Below are positions 54,483 through 64,000 of a stretch of 64,000 bases of DNA, in pieces. The stretch spans positions 54,932,001 to 54,996,000 of the forward strand of contig NC_043014.1 of NCBI RefSeq assembly GCF_006345805.1, read 5' to 3'. Every line of letters begins with the position of its first letter. Position 1 is the stretch's first letter. This stretch comes from Octopus sinensis (Eukaryota). The notes beneath the pieces were generated by a model. The model did not search any database. It worked only from the letters and a program-made list of their open reading frames with translations, and was not told the DNA's origin. The translations under genes and the position numbers were made by a program.

Positions 54483-54796
54483 TTAGTTGAGTTCGTTAAG
54501 TTCATGAGGAAGGGCACTCATTTTCCTATGCTTCAGATGTTCTGTGATGATTTGGCTAAACTGCGGATGCTGTAGCAACTGGTAAGCAAGAGGAAGTAAG
54601 AACTGGATGGTGGAATTGAAGATGTCGCCCCCGAAACAGAAGAGGTTGATTCCCAGCTCCAATCCTTCACCATAATCGCATTCGTCGTTTGCAAATTGGA
54701 TCAAAGTCATCAGTTCTTGTAACGGCTCAAAATTCTGGTTTCTGTCTTCTTCAGTTTTGCTGTCAAGAATCTTCTGGAACATTTTCTTCAAAGCGG
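54483..54796 (-). CDS. HPF1: HPF1 exon 7, terminal coding exon (FANDECDYG catalytic region, TAA stop)
   Basis: Acceptor ttttttcttccag; ORF 54483-54791 extended 5 nt to the acceptor. Confidence 0.96.
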
Positions 54797-57700
54797 CTGG
54801 AAGAAAAAAAAGGAAACAAACGTCTATAAGTTGAAGGATTTGGCAGGATCAAAATAAAGATACATTTTTAAGGCGTTCCTGTACAGGAGTCAAACATCAA
54901 CAACTTCTACACAATCATACTTTTTATTCGAGAGTCACTACAGTTTTATTCGAGAGTCACTACAGTTTTATTCGAGAGTCACTACAGTTTTATTCGAGAG
55001 TCACTACAGTTTTATTCGAGAGTCACTACAGTTTTATTCGAGAGTCACTACAGTTTTATTCGAGTCACTACAGTTTTATTCGAGAGTCACTACAGTTTTA
55101 TTCAAGAGTCACTACAGTTTTATTCGAGAGTCACTACAGTTTTACTCGAGAGTCACTACAGTTCCTTTGGAGTCAGAGGAGGATTCTGGAGATACATTCC
55201 AAACCAAATGAGTGTCTACTTGTTGTGTGGCTGCCGTGTATTGGGGGAGGGGGAGTTTAGACAGAGAGAGTGAGTGAGAGAGAGAGTCAGTCTTCATACT
55301 ACGAAATCATTTAAGGTTGTGGAGATTCAGCTAAACGAGTTGCATAAGGAATAGCGTGTGTCATCACTGGGACCACATTATTATATCCAGAGAGAAAAAG
55401 AAAATTACAAAACGGAAACTGTGAAGAAGATGAGGTAGAAACATCAATGTTCTTTGTCAAGTTCAGGTCGTAGAGAAGATGTAATTTTAAGGTGCAATGT
55501 ATCAACTTTGGTTTTGTTTGTTAGACTAGAGGAGGCAGTTCACACGAAATCTCATCCTCATCATCATCATTTAACATCTGCTTTCCATGCTGGCATGCGT
55601 TGGATGGATTGACTGAGGGCTGGCAAGCCAGGAAGCTGCACCAGGCTCCAATCTAATTTGGCAGTGTTTCTACAGCCGGATGCCCTTCCTAACCCCAACC
55701 ACTCCGAGAATGAAGTGGGTGCCTTTTATGTGCCACTGGCACAAGGGCCAGTCAGGCAGTATTGGCATCAGGCATGCTTGAATGGTGCTTTTTACGTGCC
55801 GCCGGCACGGGAGCCAGTCAGGCGGCACTGGCAAATCTATAAGGAATAAATGAGTTCAATATGAAAGCCGCCTCCAATGACACAGAAATAGTTAAAAAGA
55901 AAGAACAAAAGAGAAGTTTCTACCTGGAGTTTCTGGGATTGGACGGTAACCAACTTCGTTCTTGTCTAACTTGACCACAATTCCAGCCCCATGGAAAGCT
56001 TTGCAGACCGTCTTCTTGTCTCGTTCCTTCATGGATTTGGTTTTCAACTCCAGATTGAAGTTGAGCTTTTTGGCCCATTCAGTCAAATCTGATTGGAGTT
56101 GAAGGGCAGCAGGTTGCTTTGGTTTGAAGAGTTTCTTGGATTTAATGTTTTCACCTAAATAGAAACTGGAATCGGAAGAAAAATACCAAAATGGAATTAT
56201 TTGTCTTCAGCAAAAAATTTCATTAGAAATACAAATCACATCAACACATGCATGAAAAAATATATATACAAACAAACACATGACCTCGTGTGTACCGTTG
56301 GCGATTTTTTTTTCTCTGGATCTTTCCTTCTCTTATGTTTCCGACAAAGAGCTCCGCACGAAACGTTAAACCCTCCTTTTTTCTTAAGCGTCCAATAATA
56401 CTATATTTGTTCCACGTCCTCGTGTTGTTGTGTTTTTTTGTGCTTTCTTGTTTGGATTAACTTTATATATATATATACATACATACACATGTATACACAC
56501 ACATAAATGTATACATACATACACACACGTGAACACACACATAATCTTCTCATCCACTCCTATATAATCTTTTACTTGTTGCAGGCATTACACTGCGGCC
56601 ATGCTGGGGCACTGCTCGGAAGAACTTTTACTTGAATGAATCAACCCCAGGGCATTTTTTTTTCTTTTTAAAGCCTGGTACTTATTCTATTGATCTTTTT
56701 TTTGCTGAACTGCTAAGTTACAGGGACATAAACACACCAACACCAGTTGTCAAGCAGTGGTGGGGATAATCCCACACACACGTGGATATATATACATATG
56801 GTCTTCTTTCAATTTCCATCAACCAAATCCACTCACAAGGCTTTGGTTAGCCTGAGATTATGGTAGGAGACACTTGCCCATGGTACCACACAGTGGGACT
56901 GAACCTGGAACTATGTAGTTGGGAAGCAAGCTTCTTACCTCTTACCACAGCAAGGCACTGGTGCCTGTGCCCCTAGTACACTTTCACCTCTCAACACCTG
57001 ACAAAAAAGCCATCATCCTTGAGGAAATGTTGGTCTTCTACTAGAAATTCTTGCCCTTTATGTGGACCCTTATACTTCACTAGTCCTTAATTTTATTGAT
57101 CCCAAAATGGAGAACTTCACAACATAGAGAGCTTGCTTTTAAATAGCACAATAAATTTTGTCCAACACTCTACCAATTCTAGTGACAAGTCTTATGTGCA
57201 GTATGTCATAAAGGGGTATCTTAGTTTAATAGTACATGATGATGATGATGATGATGGCATTCAGCTGGAATTTGAGAGGTACAGGGTTCGATCCTCCGCA
57301 GAGGCTTGCTGGCCACATATTTCACAGGTGGTGACCCAGCATGGCAGCAGCGTTAGGGCCGAAACATGCAAAAGAGTAAAGACAGAAAAGAGTAATATAA
57401 AACTACGACAATGCTGTGTTACCTGAGGGCTGCAAAAAGGTTTTCACCACGTGGAATGATGGCAGGACCTTCTTTGGCAGAATTAGCAGCAACAAAGACT
57501 GGTGCCTCTGTCGGGACATCTCTGGAATTCAGAAGAAAAACAAGAAAACCATGAATTCAAAAGGGAGGGTACTTCCCAAAAAGGCAGCGTATTTCCACAG
57601 AAACATGGAAAGAAAATGATTAAAATTACAAAGAAAACTTTCTTACCTGAAGTAACCTAAATGGAATTGAGTTGTGTCATTGCCACGAATTACTGTTTGG

Positions 57701-59012
57701 AACTCTGGAGGGTCCAAGTAATAGCGCCAGTGAATGAGGTAGTTAGGGTAACGACCCTTGCTGTTTTTGCCATTTAATTGCTTGTGTTTACCAGCCAAAA
57801 TATCAAAAGGTCCAACTAATTGGAACCCAAGAACATCACTGAAGCAATCTGGGCAGAGAAAAATTCCTTAAAATTAAAATCAATTGAACAAAAGATACAC
57901 AATGATAGCAAGACATGGGTGATGAACGTAGGGGCCATGTGAAGGATGGAAAATGGTGGTGCCATGGGGAAAATGCACCCTGGACACTCTGTAAAGTGGT
58001 TGGTCATAGGAAGGGTATTCTAGCCATAGACGCAAAGCCAAAATGGAGACATATAAGGAAGGCAATGTGGCACATCTAGGACAGCAGTAACTTCAAATAG
58101 GAAGTGGTTTGAGATCTTTTCCAACCCATGCCAGCATGGTAAGGAGGCATCTGCCCACATTGAGACTGAACCCAGAGCCATGAAGTTGGGAAGCAAACTT
58201 CTTGACCACACAGCCAAGTTTGTGTGGTCAAGTATCTTTTTCTTTTTTATTCTATAAAAAGACATATTGCATAATGTAACCCTAGGTACATTATGACAAC
58301 TGGAAAAAGGATGGGATGATCATAGTTTGAATCTTTTTGATCAAAGGTTTGACTCTGGGTCAATGGTGACCCAGGGTTAAACAACAACAACACCAGCCCA
58401 TTTGTCTGTGAAGCCAACAAGGAACATTCTACAGTCATGTGACCTGCTTGAAACAACAGCCGAATCTACCTCAAATAATGCCTTTTAGTTTTTTTAAGAA
58501 AAAAAGACACTTTGCATAACAATCCTGGATAGATTCAAGGTGGAGAAAAAAAGAAACAGGATGGTCATGGCTGGACCCTCAAAAGTTTGTCTCGTTGACC
58601 TGTGGTTCAACACAACAACAACACAAAGAATAAATAACAAAAACAACAACAACAGATCTTACTGGTGGGATTTTCTGGATGAGTTGCTTCACAGAACTTC
58701 CAGAGTTCGTAAAAATCGTCCGGCATATCAAACAAGAATTTCTCACGAATGTTGTCCTTGATGTCTTCAGGGGAAGGTGGAGGCGTTAAAGTCAACTCTT
58801 CTTCACATTTATCTGAAAAGGATTAAAAAAAAAAAAGTAATTGTATAGGCGCAGGAGCGGCTGTGTGGTAAGTAGCTTGCTAACTAACCACATGATTCCA
58901 GGCTCAGTCCCACTGTGTGGCATCTTGGGCAAGTGTCTTCTGCTATAGCCCCAGGCCAACCAATGCCTTGTGAGTGGATTTGGTAGACGGAAACTGAAAG
59001 AAGCCTGTCGTA

Positions 59013-59056
<44 letters not shown>

Positions 59057-60626
59057 TGTGTGTGTATATGTTTGTGTGCCTGTGTTTGTCCCCCTAGCAT
59101 TGCTTGACAACCGATGCTGGTGTGTTTACGTCCCCATTACTTAGTGGTTCGGCAAAAGAGACCGATAGAATAAGTACTGGCCTTACAAAGAATAAGTCCC
59201 AGGGTTGAGTTGCTCAACTAAAGGCGGTGCTCCAGCATGGCCACAGTCAAATGACTGAAACAAGTAAAAGAGTAAAAGAGAGAGAGAGAGTCAAATTAAT
59301 GTGACAGTCTCATGAAGTTGACAGTATACAACCACTTTATCGTACCACAACTGCTTACATCTCTCTCAGATATTTAGAAATGTGTTATTTCTATTTTTGT
59401 AATCAGTGAATGTATTTCACTAGAATTCTTATATGTTTGCAAAGGCTAGACAGGCATCTCCAACCAGCAGGCCAGGTTACTCCAGACTGAGGATGAGCAA
59501 TGACTCAGAAACTAGTCTCTGGTTGCTGGCTTAGCTGGATGGGTGGTGCTTGTCTCCCCTTTGCAAGTATAAGGACACAAGAAATGTGTTAAGGCCGACA
59601 GAAAGTGTTGATGCCTCCTAGGGCTAAATAGCAGTGGTGTGATTCCCTTCATGGAACTGTTACATTAAATTGACAGTATACAACTACTTTATCCTACCAC
59701 TACAGCATAAATCTCTCTCAGATATTTAGAAATGTATTTTTTCTATTAAGAAAAAAGTTTTGTAAAATGAAATGTGATTTTTAAAAAAGAAACCCTTTTG
59801 ATATGCACCGTTCCTTGTTTGCAGGGACCAGATGGGGTTTGCCGAAGCAGATCCCCTGCAACCAAATGCCCTTCCTGTCGGCAACACTCACCTGTTTCAA
59901 AGGAGAGTAACATTTATCCATGGCCAGACACAGAAGAAATGAAAAACACTGCTTGTATGACAGTGTCACTCATTTACAGCTATTGTGTGATGTTGAGATC
60001 AGGAAACACAATCACCCCCCCACACACACACGGTGAGATTACTTGCTTAAGTTGCCGTGCGATTGGACTAAACCTGAAGTCTTTTTTAAAATAATGTCTA
60101 TCTAAGGGATTGACAGATGTCATCATCATCATCATCGTTTAACGTCTGCTTTCCATGCTAGCATGGGTTGGACGATTTTGACTGAGGGCTGGCGAACCAC
60201 ATAGCTGCACCAGGCTCCAATCTTGATCTGGCAGATTTTCTACAGCTGGATGCCCTTAGAAACACAATTTGGCAGAGGACCAGCAATTTCAAGAAAAGGA
60301 GTCGGTTCCATCGACACCCACCGATCAACTGGTCCTTTTGGCCCAGTGTGTTCATGATTTTGTCTGCTCCCTGTCTTTATACAAGATATTAGGGAAATAT
60401 GATGCTTACCTTGGCTTTCTTCATTTACGGGTTTGCTGGATTCTCCTGATGTTCCAGGGACGCTCTCATCCTGCTGCTTTGCATCATCACTTGTCTTTCC
60501 ACTCTCCCTTGATACGTCATCGTCATCATCATCATCAGATATGGACCCTGTTTTATGTGGATCTAATTTGGGCTTTTTAGAGGAAGGCTCTGTATTATCC
60601 TTTGCAATAGAAGAAAGTTTGCATTT

Positions 60627-60665
<39 letters not shown>

Positions 60666-62654
60666 TATATAGGTAGAATTCACACAAAAAAACACAAAAG
60701 ACGAAGACAGGTGGTGTAGACAACAAACAGATGTATTAGTTTAACGCTCAGGAATAGAAAAAAGTCTTTAACGTTTCGAGCCTATGCTCTTCAACAGAAA
60801 GGAACACAGAAAGAAACAAGGAGAGAAAATAAAGAATGTGTTGTGGCTAGCGATATATATATATATACACATACATATATACAACTGGTACCCTATCAGT
60901 TACGAAGAGAAGGGTCCCAGTTGATCCAATCAACCGAACTGCCTGCTTATGATATCAATGTGCAAAACGAGGAAGACAAGATTTGGTAAATTTACTTCTT
61001 CAATTCTCCAGAATTATATTTGAAAAAAGACTCATATGCATTAATATCCATCCATAGACATTTGAAAGATGAGGAATTTTTTTTTTTAATATCTAGGTCA
61101 AATGAATGAGGCTCATGGAAAAACGGCATACCGAAACTCGACTAATTATCAAAATAGATTATCAAAATAGACGTTAGTATGACAAAAATTGACTCGGAAT
61201 GCAACAAGGAAAATAATATTGATTGTTAAACAACCAGAATTATTCAGATATTTTTATTATTAGCAATCTCAATTACGATCGGGTCAAAGTCGAAGAAAAA
61301 GTTATTGAAAGAGAAAAGGTACCTGTCACCTTTGCTTCAAAGTCTTTCAATTCCAACAACAATGCTGACCAATTTTTATTCCTGAGGATGATGCAATACT
61401 TGCAAGGTAATGGTTTCAAATAGGTAGGGAGACAGTTACGAGGAATCAGAGACTAATAATTTTGTTCGCCGCACCAATAATAATAAACTTTTTGCAAAGT
61501 GCTCTGGTGCACTACAACCCGTCAGAAAAAGGTTAAAAAAATGCGTGGGGAGGGGGATAGAAAACAGCAATATGTGAAAAAGAGGGTAATGATTAACCAA
61601 ACATGCATTCATAATACCGATAAAACCCACAAAGAGAGAAGAGAGAACAGCAAAAATCATAAAGAGGAACATATTTGGAGTAGATTGGGGAATATCAGGA
61701 AACCCGGAATTCTTGAGAGATGCAGTGTCCTAACAGAGGGAACCAACGTTGGTAGTTAATTTCTATAGATGGATTGTGTTTATGTAGGATAACATGAATG
61801 ATCTTCCTATGTGCCACAAATCCACCAAGAAAGAAATTTTGGCGAAGACATATTTTAGCGGACAGTGAAATACTTTTAGTTCGCTTGCTAAGATGTCTTG
61901 TGTTACACACAACAAAATACCTAAACATGTTTTCATGGAACAAATTTCAGCTTGTTCTTTTTTAACCTGTAAACATTAACCTTTTGTTTTACATTTTCAA
62001 ATAAAATAACCCAAACAATCATTGGATCCCTTTTAATAAACCCCTTCTTTCTCATATAAGAACACGTTGCGGTTTCTATGGTATCAAAAATAAATAAAAA
62101 CTTGAAAAGTGATACTGGGAATTTTTCACGCGCCATAAACATATTCTGGCAGGTATTATAATAAAAATGCAACCAATATATCAGCGGCCACATCATCTAA
62201 TATATCCTTCCTTTGTAAAAGCTACAGTAAGGTAATAAAAGAAGTCTGGCTGTTGTTTCAAGCAGCTCGGGCTGCGTAGGTAGGAAGTATCAGAATTCAG
62301 AAAGATAACGGAAAATACGTGTCGTTTCTCTGTTTGGCAAGGAATATTCTAATATCTGTAAAAGAGTTCTGAAGAGAAATTCGTAGGATGAATGGGTAAA
62401 AAAAAAGGGGGGGGGAGATTTGGCGGGAAACTCGAGTTGTTTACAATATTAATTACACGTGCTGGGACAATACATGAATATGTCAGGCTGACCTGGTCGT
62501 TCTGGCTCTGCTGCTCTTCGCTTTCAGGTTTGTTCGGGTGGCGGTATTCCCGCAAATGGTTCGGGTTCTTCCTGTAGCATTTCTCGCCGTATTTACACAT
62601 GGGTCGCTTGTCTTGCTTCGCCGTGACGACGGCCGCGGGACTCACAGCTGCCAT
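54483..62654 (-). CDS. HPF1: Histone PARylation factor 1 with N-terminal PBZ zinc finger; 7 coding exons, 1359 nt, 452 aa
   Basis: Spliced translation matches HPF1 motifs ([68 protein letters not shown]). All introns are GT-AG with matching phases; exon lengths sum to 1359 nt. Confidence 0.96.
54922..55161. repeat. 22-bp minisatellite ttttattcgagagtcactacag x11 in the last HPF1 intron
   Basis: 11 head-to-tail units: one 20-bp variant and two with single substitutions. Confidence 0.97.
55924..56165 (-). CDS. HPF1: HPF1 exon 6 ([11 protein letters not shown]...[26 protein letters not shown])
   Basis: Acceptor tttcttccgattccag, donor CAG|GTAGA; contains the conserved GYR motif. Confidence 0.95.
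56570..56945 (-). mobile_element. SINE family A, CpG-decayed, HPF1 intron 5
   Basis: Family match with many TpG/CpA changes. Confidence 0.8.
57423..57521 (-). CDS. HPF1: HPF1 exon 5 ([33 protein letters not shown]); not in the ORF track
   Basis: Acceptor ttctgaattccag, donor CAG|GTAAC; resembles human RDSPDEFPVYVG...GDNVFAAV. Confidence 0.93.
57647..57848 (-). CDS. HPF1: HPF1 exon 4 ([21 protein letters not shown]...[28 protein letters not shown]); not in the ORF track
   Basis: Translated by hand; acceptor tttctctgcccag, donor CAG|GTAAGA; 202 nt in the expected phase. Confidence 0.95.
58663..58812 (-). CDS. HPF1: HPF1 exon 3 ([50 protein letters not shown])
   Basis: Acceptor ccttttcag, donor A|GTAAGA; resembles human [22 protein letters not shown]. 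Confidence 0.93.
58847..59281 (+). mobile_element. SINE family A, HPF1 intron 2
   Basis: Matches the family consensus. Confidence 0.9.
60410..60599 (-). CDS. HPF1: HPF1 exon 2 (KKPK basic patch and poly-Asp acidic linker)
   Basis: Acceptor ttcttctattgcaaag, donor AAG|GTAAGC; phase 0 in and phase 1 out fit both neighbouring exons. Confidence 0.8.
60665..60855 (-). mobile_element. Penelope-like terminal-repeat fragment in HPF1 intron 1
   Basis: Reverse complement of the 9772-9960 element, including the hammerhead-like motif. Confidence 0.6.
62493..62654 (-). CDS. HPF1: HPF1 exon 1 (MAAVSP...PBZ finger...SQNDQ)
   Basis: AAAGATGGCA start context; C-x5-C-x6-H-x5-H motif [20 protein letters not shown]; donor CAG|GTCAGC, phase 0. 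Confidence 0.9.
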
Positions 62655-62836
62655 CTTTTAAGCTAAGAAATCTATCTCCCACAACGGAGAGTTCGTTGCT
62701 CTTTCAACGATTTTCACCCAAAATGGAAAGGTTTTGGGCGAAACCCCTCTTCATTGCTTTCTTCTTTTATAATTCCATCCTCACCTGAGAAGCTTCGGGA
62801 CTCGCTCACACCTCTCCACTACTCCCAAGTTGACAG
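62655..62836. promoter_or_regulatory. HPF1 promoter/5'UTR region, possibly bidirectional with a plus-strand non-coding first exon
   Basis: CpG-rich, repeat-free segment directly upstream of the HPF1 ATG; plus-strand donor-like CAG|GTAAGA at 62837. Confidence 0.4.
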
Positions 62837-64000
62837 GTAAGAGAGGTCGTCCTTAGTCGTTAAAGCAATTCTTGGACACTTTGGAAAGGAAAGTCTGGCA
62901 TTCTTTCGATATGCGTCCCATTCACCTCACGTGTATTTGTTTACATTTGAAGAAGAAGAAGATCATCACTTTCTGTAAAATTTTAATTTTTTTCATATAT
63001 GTGGGTTTAGGGGTGGGGGGAGGGTATCTTTTTTTCTTCAGAAATCTAAATAAACCCACGTGGGTTTATAAGTGACAGCTATGTTACTAGTAACGAATGA
63101 TCGCCAAAAGTCTTTCCCTTCTCATGTCATTTTGTACCCTTCTCATTTTCTACTTTTAAACCTGCAGATATCTCTCAAGTCGTTTTTGTCTGTCAATACA
63201 GGCAACCTTCGCTGAAAAGGTCTAATAGGACTAAAACATGTCCAAAGTTGTCATCATGCTGCCAAGATCAGGCTCATTCTCTACTTAATTACCTGCATAC
63301 TAATTTCAGTTTATTTTAATTAATTACAATTTCAGGGTTGTCTCCCCTGCCTTTCTCGGCCAGAATTAGGCATTAAACAACTTGTTATTTCACCTCATTA
63401 TGGGTGTATATCTCATTGCACGAAGTATTTTACCACCGGTCTTGACTATATAATTGATTTTCCTGGAGAGTGTAACAAGATGTAACACACAGAAGTGCAA
63501 CAAGTGAGGTGTGACAATCCAGTAATGGGGGCCCTAGTTTCAGAAGTTCCAGGTTTTTGACAATTGTGGAATTACCTCTTAGGCATTATTGTTCCCAGGT
63601 CTGCTCTGACCCAGAGTAGTAGCACCTATCTGGGTTCTAGCTGTGGGTTAAACAGCATGTAACCACCTGAGCCAAGGTACCTTAAAATCATGGGATGCAG
63701 CATTGTGGATGTGAACAATTTCAGCAGATGAACTTATTTAGTCAACAGCCAACATCACTGGATGCTGAGCTGGTGAACGGACAACAAACTACTGTCTTCA
63801 TCATTGTCATCATCACCATCATCATCGTCCGCTTTCCATGCTGGCATGGGTTGGACGGTGCAACTGGGATCTGGGAAGCCAGAAGGCTGCACCAGGCCCA
63901 GTCTGATCTGGCAATGTTTCTACGGCTGGATGCCCTTCCTAACGCCAACCACTCCATGAGTGTAGTGGGTGCTTTTTACGTGCCAGACGAGGCTGGCAAA

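Noticed and set aside
54922-55161. CRISPR-like array
   Set aside because: Units are contiguous with no spacers; eukaryotic minisatellite.
2829-59100. Recurring ORFs such as MLGGQTQTH..., MSSNARGTN..., ...[24 protein letters not shown]...
   Set aside because: Translations of SINE family A copies in various frames, not a gene family.

Overview
AT-rich, repeat-dense animal genomic DNA; the SINE/LINE content suggests a coleoid cephalopod, probably Octopus (inference). One complete gene is well supported: a 7-exon minus-strand HPF1 (histone PARylation factor 1, 54483-62654, 452 aa) with an N-terminal PBZ zinc finger. All splice sites are GT-AG and all intron phases are consistent. The second coding signal is an orphan 294-codon minus-strand terminal exon (15230-16115) built from two ungapped, about 28% identical, roughly 102-aa modules that I cannot assign to a family; it is the top finding. 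The rest is tRNA-head SINEs, decayed LINEs (Tx1, CR1, RTE), Tc1/mariner remnants, MITEs (Merlin-like, hAT-like), Helitron pieces, Penelope-like termini with minimal hammerhead-like motifs, long microsatellites and several local template-switch duplications. Almost all short ORFs in the track are repeat artefacts. All calls were made by eye without database searches.
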